From positions 2,604,001 through 2,668,000 of the forward strand of contig JANJGN010000052.1 in the NCBI GenBank assembly GCA_026770705.1: 64,000 nt of DNA, written 5' to 3'. The DNA is from Isurus oxyrinchus. Its lineage: Eukaryota. Each line of letters opens with the position of its first letter. Position 1 is the first letter of the stretch. The notes beneath the pieces were generated by a model, which was given only the letters and a program-made list of their open reading frames with translations, had not been told where the DNA came from and made no database searches. A program made the position numbers and the translations under genes. This document shows positions 1 through 12,445 of this stretch, piece after piece.

Positions 1-441
1 AAGACAGATTCCAATGATTGATGCCTTTGAAAGATTTCTACTGATTATTGAGATCTGGGTGTGAGGCTCAGGTCTGTTGTACAGAACATCTTTCCTGGTA
101 AATTATGCAGACAGGTTACACACAGTCTACGATTATATTCCCTCAGGTCTAGAAGATTAAGGAGTGATCTAATTGAGGGATTCAAAATGATTAAACACTC
201 GAAAGGGTCGATAGAGAGAAGCTATTCCCTCGGGTGGGGGTGGGTGGTGGGGGTCGGGTGGAGTCCAGAACAAGGGGGCCGGAACTTCAGATTGGAGCCA
301 GGCCATTCAGGGGTGATTTCAGGAAGCACTTCTTCACACAAAGGGGAGTGGAAATCTGGAACTCTCTCCTCAATAATCAAACCCAACACCGAATACACAT
401 CATGTTGATTGTCACTCTGTCCATTTCCATCTCTATTACAG

Positions 442-546
442 AAGAGAGGTGAGGGGAAAGCAGGAATCAAATCGAACCACCGTGTTGATGAATATCGAGG
501 TCCTGTTTATGAAAACTGTGAGCGTGGTTGGGCTTTGAGGAATCAG
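442..546 (+). CDS. Cytoplasmic-tail exon of an upstream receptor gene or relic (KRGEGKAGIKSNHRVDEYRGPVYENCERGWALRNQ)
   Basis: Pyrimidine tract plus TACAG acceptor ending at 441, CAG|GTGAGT donor at 546/547, 105 nt open in phase 0-0, VYENC tyrosine motif. Acceptor region is homologous to that of the 1540 exon. Confidence 0.6.
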
Positions 547-681
547 GTGAGTCACACACCACAGGATCCCCAGCCTCTCAGCTGCTCCAGTAGCCTGGTT
601 ATTGATATGGCTGCTCCAGTCCTGTATCTGCAATGTTTTATACAGTCACTCCCAAACCCAACCAAACTCACACCCAACACC

Positions 682-1441
682 ATTCAGAATCAATAATCAA
701 ACCCCGATCAGAATCAATAATCAAACCCCGTTCAGAATCAATAATCAAACCCCGTTCAGAATCAATAATCAAACCCCGTTCAGTATCAATAATCAAACCC
801 CGTTCAGTATCAATAATCAAACCCCGTTCAGAATCAATAATCAAACACCGTTCAGAATCAATAATCAAACCCCGTTCAGAATCAATAATCAAACCCCGTT
901 CAGTATCAATAATCAAACCCCGTTCAGAATCAATAATCAAACCCCGTTCAGTATCAATAATCAAACCCCGTTCAGAATCAATAATCAAACCCCGTTCAGT
1001 ATCAATAATCAAACCCCGTTCAGAATCAATAATCAAACCCCGTTCAGTTTCACTAATCAAACCCCGTTCTGTATCAATAATCCAACCCCGTTCAGAATCA
1101 ATAATCAAAACCCATTCAGTTTCAATAATCAAACCCCGTTCAGTATCAATAATCAAACCCCTTTCAGAATCAATTATCAAACCCTGTTCAGTGTAAATAA
1201 TCAAACCCCTTCCAGTATCAATAATCAAACCCCGTTCAGAATCAATTATCAAACCCCATTCAGAATGAATAATCAAACCCCGTTCAGAATCAATTATCAA
1301 AACCTGTTCAGAATCAATAATCAAACTCCGTTCAGAATCAATAATCAAACCCCGTTCAGAATCAATAATCAAACTCCGTTCAGTATCAATAATCAAACCC
1401 CGTTCAGTATCAATAATCAAACCCTGTTCAGTATCAATAAT
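682..1441. repeat. 24-bp minisatellite (TTCAGAATCAATAATCAAACCCCG)n, about 31 copies, intronic
   Basis: Direct tandem repetition; it explains the spurious FRINNQTP ORFs. Confidence 0.97.
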
Positions 1442-1539
1442 TAATGTATCTATTGTGGGTGGAATTTTTGATTTGGATCAATAATACTAAACACTGATCA
1501 CTCTGATTGTCACTCTGATCATTTCTGTTTCTATTACAG

Positions 1540-1656
1540 AAGAAAGATGAGAAGGATCTGGAAATGAAATCTCACCGCGGAGTCAATCCTGATACAGATG
1601 ATGATCTTTACGCAAACTGTGAATTTGCTGAGGATTCTGTTTATGGGAATTTATAA
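1540..1656 (+). CDS. Terminal cytoplasmic exon (KKDEKDLEMKSHRGVNPDTDDDLYANCEFAEDSVYGNL*) with ITIM-like SVYGNL
   Basis: TACAG acceptor ending at 1539, open in phase 0 to TAA at 1654-1656, acidic residues before two Tyr motifs, AATAAA at 2430-2435. Confidence 0.65.
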   Translation, partial: KKDEKDLEMKSHRGVNPDTDDDLYANCEFAEDSVYGNL

Positions 1657-2779
1657 ACTGAGCAAGAATGAGACACACACAGTGTGGGGAGAATACAGAA
1701 TGGGAGAATCATTCAAAACTCCAATTTACCTTCCTAATATCCACAGGAACTCACTCCCAGGAAATAGATTTAAACCTCTTGTTACAATCTGATGGAATTT
1801 CTTCGGAATGATCTATCCAGGATGATTGTCTGTGGGCTTCAATTCGAACATCCTCCTTCAGAATTGTCCCTCACTGTTGGAAAAATCCTTCTCTCCAATC
1901 TGATTGTAAATGTCTTTAGATATCGTTCGATGATGTACCAGGACAGAACGGACAAATTCAATCCCGTGTCCTTGATTATGAGTTAATTTTCATTCTGTTA
2001 TTCACCTTCCTGTCTGTCAGTGTTTACAGAATATTCATCAGCCAGTGTAGACTTCATGAAATGCAGGATCGGTGGATAATTGGAGCAGAGGAGATTGGCA
2101 AAATTTACTCACCATTTTGTAGTCAAATGTATTTTCAGAAATATATTTTGATTTTACACTTCATCGTTAAACAGTGAAACGAACAACAATCTGGGAAACA
2201 GGGAAACAATTTGTTTGGAGATTTGAGAAGTTCTCTGCAGCTCAGAGGATAACAGATGTGCTACAGTGCCACCACTGGTGGGAGGACATCATTTCAGCGT
2301 GACATGTTTACATTGATGTTGCCAATGAACATTGGAAATTATGATGTCAAAAATTGGTTCCAGCTTTACCTTCTTCAATATGTCATGGATGGATGAGACA
2401 GCTTTGATAACAGAATGAAATAGAGCTGCAATAAACCACCATTTTAGTCTTTCACACTTGGAAAGTACAATTAGCATCCATCCTGAAGGCTGAGTGGATG
2501 GGTGGACTGTGCGATGTGTTAGAGATTACAGAGACCAACTTCCTTGATCCTGGTTCTGCTCTGTGTTTGATGACATTCTTGGATGAAAGATTGGGAAAAT
2601 AAATAATCCTCCGGCCTTAACCTGTAACTGGTCTCTCCATCTGTCAATGTCCTGAGGACAGAATTGGGTTTGAGGTCCAAAATCAGACGCATACTTTGAC
2701 TGCCCATTGAATAGGAACAGGAGGAGGCCATTCAGCCCCCTCGAACCTGTTACACAGGAACAAGAGAGTACCTGATACA

Positions 2780-2980
2780 AAAACAGAAAATGCTGGAGAA
2801 ACTGAGTAGGTGTGGCAGCATCTGTGGAGAGATAAACGGAATTAACATTTCGAGTCCGTATGATCCTTCTTCAGAGTCTATAAGCAAGAACTCTGTTTAT
2901 CTCTCCACAGCTGCTGCCAGACCTGCTGAGTTAAGGCAGCATTTTCTGTGTTTATTTAAGATTTACAACATCTGCGGTAT
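2780..2980. mobile_element. Penelope-like terminal-repeat fragments
   Basis: AAAACAGAAAATGCTGGAGAAACT...GGCAGCATCTGTGGAGAG motif, also flanking the GIY-YIG remnant near 42940 and present near 62800. Confidence 0.5.
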
Positions 2981-2994
2981 TTATTTTTAATGAG

Positions 2995-4445
2995 ACGAGG
3001 ACATTCAGCCCTTCGACCCTGTTACACAGGAACAGGAGGAGGCCATTCAACCCCATGAGCCTGTTATACAGGAAAAGGAGGAGGCCATTCAGCCCCTCAA
3101 GCCTGTTACACAGGAACAGGAGGAAGCCCATTCAGCCCCTCGAGCCTGTTACACAGCAACAGGAGGAGGCCCATTCAGCCCCTCGAGCCTGTTACAGAGG
3201 AACAGGAGGAGGCCCATTCAGCCCCTCGAGCCTGTTACACAGGAACAGGAGGAGGCCCATTCAGCCCCTCGAGCCTGTTACATAGGAACAGGAGGAGGCC
3301 CATTCAGCCCCTCGAGCCTGTTACACAGGAACAGGAGGAGGCCCATTCAGACCTTCAAGCCTCTAACACCAGAACGGAAGGAGGTCATTTCAGCCCCATG
3401 AGCTTGATGAACAGGAACAGGAGGAGGTCCATTAAGCCCCTCAAGTCAGTTACATAGGAACAGGAGAAGTCTCATTTAGCCACACGAGCATCTTATATAA
3501 GAACATCAGGGGGCCCAAACAGCCCCTCAAGGCTGTTACACAAGAAGCGAAGGAGGATGTTCATTCAGCCCCTCGAGCCTGTTACACAGGAACAGGAGGA
3601 GGCCCATTCAGCCCCTCAAGCCTGTTACACAGGAACAGGAGGAGGCCCATTCAGCCCCTCAAGCCTGTTACACAGGAACAGGAGGAGGTCCATTCAGCCC
3701 CTCAAGCCTGTTACACAGGAACAGGAGGAGGTCCATTCAGCCCCTCGAGCTTGTTACACAGGAACAGGAGGAGGCCATTCAGCCCCCTTAAGCCTGTTAC
3801 ACAGGAACAGGAGGAGGCCATTCAGCCCCAAGAGACTGTTATACAGGAAAAGGAGGAGGCCATTCAGCCCCTCAAGCCTGTTACACAGGAACAAGAGGAA
3901 GACCATTCAGCCCCTCGAGCCTGTTACACAGCAACAGGAGGAGGCCCATTCAACCCCTCGAGCCTGTTACACAGGAACAGGAGGAGGCCCATTCAACCCC
4001 TCGAGCCTGTTACATAGGAACAGGAGGAGGCCCATTCAGCCCCTCGAGCCTGTTACACAGGAACAGGAGGAGGCCCATTCAGACCTTCAAGCCTTTAACA
4101 CCAGAACGGAAGGAGGTCATTTCAGCCCCATGAGCTTGATGAACAGGAACAGGAGGAGGTCCATTAAGCCCCTCAAGTCAGTTACATAGGAACAGGAGAA
4201 GTCTCATTCAGCCACACGAGCATCTTATATAAGAACATGAGGGGGCCCAAACAGCCCCTCAAGCCTCTTACACAAGAAACGGAGGAGGAGGTTCATTCAG
4301 TCCCTCGAAGCTGTTATACAGGAACAGGAGGAGGCCCATTCAGCCACACAAGCCTCTTACACAATAACAGGAGGAGGTACATTCAGCCCCTCAAGCCTGT
4401 TACACAGGAACAGGAGGAGGCCCGGTCAACCCCCTCGAGCTTGTT
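2995..4445. repeat. About 40-bp minisatellite (ACAGGAACAGGAGGAGGCCCATTCAGCCCCTCGAGCCTGTTAC)n with a roughly 730-bp higher-order duplication
   Basis: Tandem units; a variant block recurs at about 3351 and 4083. The unit matches the reverse complement of the CR1-type 3' tail at about 55790-55820. Confidence 0.92.
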
Positions 4446-4550
4446 GCATGTGAAAAGTCGATGGCCCTTCAGCCACATTCTTGGCACACAAAGGGTTAAC
4501 AGTTTTCTAACTGTGCGAGGCAAAGAGATGCTTTCTAACTTGGTACTAAC

Positions 4551-4691
4551 CACTTCCTCATTTTGTCTCACAGTGACACATCAACCCTTTCTAATTAAAC
4601 ACACAGAGGGAGCAGCACAGGAAGAGGTCATTCAGCCCAAGCAGAGCGTGTGGGCAGTCCCTCCCCAGGCGAGCAGTCGGACAGGTCCTGG
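4551..4691 (+). promoter_or_regulatory. Putative promoter and non-coding exon 1, copy 1 (PU.1/ETS site CACTTCCTCATT; donor G|GTAAGT at 4691/4692)
   Basis: The reverse complement AATGAGGAAGTG matches the PU.1 consensus. The block is conserved upstream of all three related leader exons. Confidence 0.55.
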
Positions 4692-5134
4692 GTAAGTAAT
4701 GGAATGATTGGAATTCACTTCCACCACCAACACCGTCCTTTGTTGATGTTATGACTTTATAAAGACAGATTCCAATGATTGATGCCTTTGAAAGATTTCT
4801 ACTGATTATTGAGATCAAGGTGTGAGACTCAAGTCTGTTGTACAGAACATCTTTCTAGCTCAAGGGATGAGGGAAGAGCAGGGACATGAGCTTTGGGGTG
4901 TCCTGAGCAGGTGAAAGGCGATATAGAAATGCAAGTCCTTCATTGTGTTACTTTCTTAAAGCCTTGTAACTCTCTGCAGAGCAACTATCATCCCACAGAG
5001 AATGAAATTAGTCTGTGAAGACATTGTCTAAAAGTGGTTCTGATCTCTCGAGAGGTGTCGGACAAGAGGTGAGGTCTCGTTAACTCATTTCTCTTTCACA
5101 GCTTGAGAACCAATGAAATACCTGGGAGTGGACA

Positions 5135-5174
5135 ATGATCAGGAAATCTTACTTCCTCCTGTCATTTCTCCAAG
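5135..5174 (+). CDS. Siglec-like leader exon, copy 1 (MIRKSYFLLSFLQ), either orphan or alternative leader for gene A
   Basis: ATG at 5135, hydrophobic core, CAAG|GT phase-1 donor, upstream TTTCACAG acceptor. Confidence 0.7.
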
Positions 5175-5968
5175 GTAATATCATCGTCAGCTCGGATAGA
5201 TTTATGGCTAATCATCTTTGTAAAACATAATTCTTATTGAGCTGTGATTAGGAACAGATTCAGCAGTGAGCCAGTGTACAAACTCACACCAAGTCCCATT
5301 CACCCATCACCCCTGTGCTCACTGATATACACTGACTCCCTGACTGACAGCAGAATTGGAGGAGAGCAGAGATCTCAGAGGGGTGAAGGGGCTGGAGGAG
5401 GTTACAGAAGTCGGGACTGGAGAGGGGGTTGGGGGGATTGGGAATTGAGGATGAGAATCTTAAAATGGAGGCTCTGCTGGACTGGGAGCCTGTGCAGGTC
5501 AGCGAGTGGCAGAGGGTGTGAGGTGTTGAGTTGAGAAACAGTGATAAATACTGTGGGATGAAGTCTATCCTGATGCTTGGACTCTGATAGCAAAGGAATG
5601 AAATTTGTGTCTTTTGCTGATTTTAGTCAGAATTTCCCATGAAGACAACACAGCAGCTCCTAGAATAGACAGGCTGTTCAGTGTCACACTTCCTGTCCAT
5701 TCTCACCTTGCTAGATACTTCAATAAGGGAGCAAGATAACTGAAAGAGAGAAGGAAGGTAAAGCTGTCCGTGTGTAAAGGTGTCAATATTCAGTTTGTAT
5801 ATTTGTCTTTCTCTCGACACATGCAGAGCTCAGGCTAGAGGCGCTTTGTTAGTGTGTTTCACAGTGTCTGCTGGAGTAGGGTCAGTGCTGAGCTTGGGGA
5901 CAAGTCAGTCTACAATGCTGCATCGGAATCAACAATACAACAATACGGGGTTTGGATCAGAAATAATC

Positions 5969-6178
5969 CCTCAGACAATGAGGATCCAAAGAGATTCCTT
6001 CAACAATGAGGATCCAAAAAGATTCCTTAGACAATGAGGATCCAAAGAGATTCCTCAGACAATGTGGATCCAAAGAGATTCCTTAGACAATGAGGATCCA
6101 AAGAGATTCCTTAGACAATGAGGATCCAAAGAGTTTCCTTAGACAATGAGGATCCAAAGAGATTCCTTAGACAATGAA
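5969..6178. repeat. 28-bp tandem repeat (AGACAATGAGGATCCAAAGAGATTCCTT)n, about 7 copies
   Basis: Direct tandem repetition. Confidence 0.93.
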
Positions 6179-6324
6179 CATACAAAGTGCACCAATCAGA
6201 TTGAATCAGATTAACCAATCAGCTGTGTTGAGGAGCAGACAGGAATGTTAGGCTAATTAGTGATTCATGACGGTGATAATGGCGGGAGTTCTGAGGGCTC
6301 CTAATCCATTGTCTTGTCTTGTAA

Positions 6325-6512
6325 ATCAGCACCTTAATACTGACCCTCCAACAGTGCAGCACTCCCTCAGTACTGATCCTCCAACATTGCAGCACTCCCT
6401 GATTAATGTCCCTCTGACACTGCAGCACTCCCTCAGTACTGACCTTACAGTAGTGCAACACTCGCTCAGTAATGACCATCCGACAGTGCAGCACTCCCTC
6501 AGTACTGACACT
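6325..6512 (+). repeat. 33-bp CAGTGCAGCACTCCCTCAGTACTGACCCT satellite, short array
   Basis: Same unit as the arrays at 21290-23180, 48130, 51105 and 60250. Confidence 0.88.
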
Positions 6513-6738
6513 GGGGAGTTTCAGTCTACTCTGTGGGGCAGACGTCCCCTGAATCGGGTCTTGAACCCCACAACATTCTGACCCCCTGAATTTGGCTGTG
6601 AAACCCACTGACCCACAGGAGAAATTCCTGGTCAATGACTGTCCACCTGTGAGCAGAAATATCACCACAGGGTCAGGACACAAAGGGTTAACAGTTCACC
6701 AACATCTCAAAACATGAGCTGCTCTGTCACTTTGATCC

Positions 6739-6879
6739 AACTTCCTCATTTTGACTCACAGAGACACATCCACCCTTTCTAATTAAACACACAGAGGGAG
6801 CAGCACAGGAACAGGTCATTCAGCCCAAGCAGAGCGTGTGGGCAGTTCCTCCCCAGGTGAGCAGTTGGACAGGTCCTGG
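6739..6879 (+). promoter_or_regulatory. Putative promoter and non-coding exon 1, copy 2 (gene A proximal), with ETS site and adjacent AP-1-like TGACTCA
   Basis: Paralogue of 4551-4691; donor GTAAGT at 6880. Confidence 0.55.
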
Positions 6880-7329
6880 GTAAGTAACAGAACAATTGGA
6901 ATTCACTTCCACCACCAACACCATCCTTTGTTGATGTTGTGACTTTATAAAGACAGATTCCAATGATTCATGCCTTTGAAAGATTTCTACTGATTATTGA
7001 GATCAGGGTGTGAGGCTCAGGTCTGTTGTACAGAACATCTTTCTAGCTCAAAGGATGAGGGAAGTGCAGGGACATGAGCTTTGGGACATCCTGAGGTGGT
7101 GAAAGGTGCTATAGAAATGCAAGTCCTTAATTGATTTATTTTTTTAAACCTTTTTAACTCTCTGCGGAGCACCTATCATCCCACAGAGAACCAAATTAGT
7201 CTGTGAAGACATTGTCTAAAAGCAGTTCTGATCTCTTGAGAGCTGTCGGACAAGAGGTGAGGTCTCATTAACTCCTTTCTCTTTCACAGTTTAAGAGTCA
7301 GAAGCTAAAGGAATATCTGGGAGTGGACA

Positions 7330-7369
7330 ATGATCGGGAAATCTTACTTCCTCCTGTCACTTCTCCAAG
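7330..7369 (+). CDS. Gene A leader exon (MIGKSYFLLSLLQ)
   Basis: ATG, hydrophobic core, CAAG|GTAATA phase-1 donor, acceptor AG at 7288-7289. Confidence 0.85.
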
Positions 7370-8896
7370 GTAATAACATCGTCAGCTTGGACAGATTTAT
7401 GGCTAATAGTCTTTGTAAAAGAACATTCTTATTGAGCTCTGATAGGGAACCGATTCAGCAGTGAGCCAGTGTACAAACTCACACCAAGTCCCATTCACCC
7501 ATCACTCCTGTGCTCTCTGATATACACTGACTCCCTGTCTGACAGCAGAACTGCAGGACAGCAGAGACCTCAAAGGGTTTCAGGGCTGGAGGAGGTGACA
7601 GTGATAGGGAGTGGAGAGGGAGGATGGAGGGATAAGGAATCAATGAAGAGAATTTGAAAATTGAGTCATTGCTGGACTGGGAGCCATTGTAGGTCAGCGA
7701 GTGACAGGGGAGCGATCGGCTGAATAGAGAAGCAGGGATAAAAACTGGGGGATGAAGTCTATCCTGATGCAAGCACTCCAATATCAATGCCCTGAAATTT
7801 TTCTCACTTGCTGATTTTCATCAGAATTTCCCATGAAGACAACACAGAAGCTCTTAGATTAGACAGGCAGTTCAGCGTCACACTTCCTGTCCCTTCTCAC
7901 CATGCTAGAAAATTCGATAAGGGAGCAAGATAACTGATAGAGAGAAGGGAGGCAAAGCTGTCTGTATGTAAAACTGTCAAATATTCTGAGTTATCATGAT
8001 TGTTTCTGATCTGCTGCAGAGTTTATATTTCATTGAATCTTATCACTTTGCAGCTCAGAGAGAGACCATTGACTCACTGCCTGAAAGGGCGGTGGAAGCA
8101 GATTCAACAGGAACTTTCAGAAGGGGAACTGGATAAATACTTGAAGGGGACATTTTGCAGGGTTGTAGAGGAGAGAGTAGAGGTTAGAGTGGGACTTATT
8201 GGACAGATCTATCAAAGGCCCAGCACAGGCTCGATGGGCCAAATGGCTTCCATCAGTTCCGGATCATTCTACAATCCGATAAATTAAGTCTCTTATCAGT
8301 AACTCTTCAGGCTCCTGCTGCAGGAATGGATCTTTCATAAGGGCAGGGAACAAGCAGTTTCTCATATCATGTTCATATTTATTGACAATTACATAAGTGT
8401 ATGGAACTGTTGAATATTTGAGTCTCTAAAGTGTGGATTTAACCTTCTGGTACACCCAGATCTTGTGCTGGTTACCTTGTCTGGAGGTGTCTTTAACTGC
8501 TCACAGTGATCTGTGGGATTGTCACCCTTGGATGTTGTTCCTGATTTCATGTGGAATCATCTCCTCGATGGAATAGGAGCGGGAATGGATCTGATTTATC
8601 CTCGGTTCCACCTCACCGCTGTGCCCTTGTGTGTTTGACTCCATAGGCCCTTGGTTCTGAACAAATCCTTGTCACCTCAGCTGGTGATCATGAACCTTCT
8701 GTGGGATCCTGGATGTGAACTTGTCCCAACTGTAAACTTGGCAACTCTGCACCTCCATTTTTATCATGAACATTCCTTATCTTCTCTTGTAGTTTTAAAA
8801 GTTGCCCTCTGGTTTCTGAGAGAGTAGAATGGGTAAGAGTAGCGAAATTGGTCACTACTGGCCCACCAAACATGATCTCCGTCAGTGATGGAATAA

Positions 8897-9218
8897 GGTG
8901 AGGTGATGGTGTAGTGGTATTGTTGCTGGATGAGTAATTCAGAGACCCAGGGTAATGTCCTGAGAATATGGGTTCAAATCCTGTCATAATAGATGATGGA
9001 ATTTGAATTTAATAAAAATATGAAATTCAAAGTTTAGTGATGACCACAAAACCATTGTTGGAAATCCCACCTGGTTCACCAGTGCCCTTTAGGGAACAAA
9101 ATTGTCTGGCCGACATGTGACTCCAGACTCCACGTCAATGTGGTTAACTCTTACATTAGGGATGGGTAATAAATCCTGGCCTGGCCAGTGACTCCCACAT
9201 CCCATGAATGAATTTAAC
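8897..9218 (+). mobile_element. tRNA-derived SINE inserted in the Gypsy element
   Basis: A-box-like TGGTGTAGTGG and B-box GGTTCAAATCC; its 3' tail resembles the LINE end at about 53960-54010. Confidence 0.7.
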
Positions 9219-12200
9219 AAAGTTGCAGTTGTAGGTGTCGATCTCAGATGTAACATTGCAATGTGTGGATCTTGCTTGGTCTGTCTACATTTGAGAATTA
9301 GGGATTTCACTGTGTGAATCATTCATTCAGCTAGGCTGTTAGATCTGGGGTAATGAGGAGAAGAAGTAGTGTGATTGATATTCCAGATTATCTGTAATCA
9401 TGTCCCTAGTTTCACCACATAAACTGAAAATAGTGCTTAGAGTGTGTGCACCAGTTGTGCTTGGTGTGTTGTGCTATTTTTGAATAACGGGATATCTGGT
9501 AAAGCTGTCGACGATGACGATGATGTCAGTGACATGGACATGAAAGGATTCAGATGTGATTTTGGACTAAGAATGGGCAGGAATTTCCTGTGGAATCAGT
9601 GGTTCTTTGTGTTGACTTGGCTCATCCTCTTGACAAGCCTCGTACTTCCCTACAACAACTTCAAGGTCATTGTTCATACCCGGCCAGTGACTGTATCTCT
9701 TGTGAGTCTCCTTGTCTGATCTGTGCCCATGTGTGAGGGATGAAGTTGTTGAAGAATATAGGATCACAAATGTTCCGGTATCATGCGATGCCTGCCATTA
9801 AAAATGACTCCCTGGGAGATGCCTCGCTTATCCCGATGAGGTCAAGTTGAATCAGGCCACCTTTCAATGATATTTCCACAGTTCCTGTAGAATTTTTCAC
9901 TGTTCCCTCTTGTAGCTGCTGTCATTTCTGTTGTGCTAAATATACTGGATCAATTGACAGACTTGCATTCTCCTGCAGCTGTAATGTTGCAGCTCCCTTG
10001 AAACTGCCAATACTGTTGAAACTTTCTGCATATTTCAATGTTATGGCATGAACTGAGGTGATGGGGTAGTTTCTGAGGTTGACCCATGTGAGATCTGACA
10101 GATTCCTGGATTGTCACTAGTGTGAGGTCACCGCATGACGGTAGACTTGTAATTGCTCAGCCTTTAGTCTCCACAATGTAGAACATCTGTGACACCCAGG
10201 AAGATTGATTGTACTTGCACCCCAGGACTATGGATTCTGCACATGGAGTTGGTGAAGTGTTGTACACAGCAGTAGGTTTCCCCATGGACTTCCATGTCCT
10301 TGGATATATGTCTTTGAAAATTTGCTGGGGTGGGCTGGGGGAGGGGAATGTTGGCACTTGCCCCTGTGTCAATCTTGGCCAATAAAGGGGAGGTAGCAAC
10401 TTTCTCAGGGCAGATAATTGGAATCTTGGCCAATAGTGCGGGTGATGTGACAGCATCTGTTCTCCGTGAGACTGATGGTGTAAAAGGTGTGAAATTGTTC
10501 TACAATGGCAAAATACGTTGAGCACAAGTGTTGCACAAACTCTAGGCCGGGGTCTTGCGGCCCAGTCATGGTGGGACCTGCCGTGGGAGAATGGGACAGA
10601 CATAAATCCATTGGCTTTCGGCCGGACCGGACAATCCTGGCAGTGGGTGGGGCCAGAAAATCCCACCCCTATTGGACATTTTCAGTTTATTTGATGTGCC
10701 CAGAGAGATCATTAAGGACAACAATCCACAATTTATTGGCAAGCCACGTTAGGATATGTGTGAGAGGTGGAATATCGATCACCGCTCCTCGTCTCACCGT
10801 GCACATCATCGCCATTTCCTGGTTTGTCAGTCACCACATGTATATGTTCCTGATGGGATAGCGGATGGTCATTCTTATTGCTTGAAGGTTCCCCGTTGTG
10901 TAGGGTCTGTTTGGATCAGCCCACGGCTCTTTATAGCTGCATCAGCCTTTGCTCTAGTGCCCTGCCGCTGTCAATGGCCCTTTCTGCCACAAGCCTTGCA
11001 GGATTGGTGGAAAGCTGGGCATTTCCTTGGTGCCTGCAGAAGGCCACACCTTCCACACGTCTCACTAGGTTTGGATGTTCTAGTGAGTGTGTCAACAATT
11101 GATGTTGTACTGAGGACCTGTAAGCTTCGTTGACCTGCGAGGATCACTTCGTATTTATGTCCATCCTTGAGTAGCTCTTCAATGCTATAGGTTTTGGTCT
11201 TATCTAGCAGATCTTTCTGGAAGGCTTCCATGGGAGTGGATGTGATCACCAACTCAACAACTGTGTCTGCAGGCTCTGTGTTTGAAATCACAGTGCGTAC
11301 CCTTTTCTCTACATCGGCTGATGAAGTGTTCTATGGATTGTGTAGGCTGATGAAATGACATAAACTCTAGTTGATGAATATGGAGTTTCACCTGATTCTG
11401 AACCTGTCTTCCAATATCGTCCATATCTATTGGGGATCCTTTCGCTCTTCTGCTGTTAATCCTGACGTGTTCAGCCTGTGTAGACCTTCATTCCCAATCA
11501 CGAGGTGAATCTTTATGGCTTGTTCGTCTGGTTCAGTCACAGCTGAATCAGGAAACCAGAGCTCTGTACGCTGTTTAAACATTCTGAATTTAGATAGTCG
11601 GTCAGCTACATCCCAGTTCAAACTGGGGAATTTCGTGGACATTCTGACAATATTCTTTTGACCTTCCTTCTCCTACAGGACCTGGGGTGAGTGTCGCTTT
11701 AGCCCCTTTCATGCGCTTTTCCGAAGCTCTGCCCACGAAGACGGGTTGTGGCAGGAACACACCACGGAGTAATGGAGTCTTTGTTTTTTATTCAATTTGC
11801 TGTTCAGCAATCTCGAAGCCGCCCGTTATAATCACTAACTTCTCTGGGCTGATTTTTATAATGGTTTTTGTGTGTTTGACTCTCCCTCGCTCACTATCGA
11901 TCCAGCCCACACCCTGGTCACTCGCCTTCCCTGACTGAGCTAACCCGCTGCTGGTCCTGGCGATACACACTGTCCCACTCACTGACCTACAGGCCGTGTG
12001 CTGTAATCTCACCACGAGGGATCCGTCTGCTCCCCAGCTCTTTACTTGAGCTCTTTCCCGTCACTGTGTCTTCAAAGGTTTCCTGAGCAGTCAGTACACT
12101 GCGATTTCAACCCTCTCTGATGCTGTGTCTCTGTTGTGGTCTGACCAAAGCATCGAGGGTCGTCTCATGTCATGTAGCTCGATCTAAGGCTGTTCACCAC

Positions 12201-12445
12201 GTCATACCTGTACTGAATCTTGCTGCCAGAATGTTTGGCCACCGCTGATCACCATGTTGTGTTTTCATAATGATATAAAGGCACCAGCCACTGATACGGA
12301 TTTGGGTAAACACATTGTGGGTTCAGTTATTTAGAACAGGGACATGAGAACAGATATACAAGGATAGAAAGCTGGGAGACACCTGCGGCCAAACTGTGTG
12401 AGCTGTGTTCTGCTCACAGGCCAAAGTGAAACTTGGACTGGATGG

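Noticed and set aside
602-1444. 280-aa FRINNQTP repeat ORF and overlapping ORFs
   Set aside because: By-product of a stop-poor 24-bp minisatellite in an intron; open in several frames.
2995-6178. CRISPR-like arrays
   Set aside because: Units are head-to-tail with no unique spacers, the context is eukaryotic, and there are no cas genes.
10157-11642. Domesticated Gypsy gag/protease gene
   Set aside because: Fragmented by stops and frameshifts in both copies.
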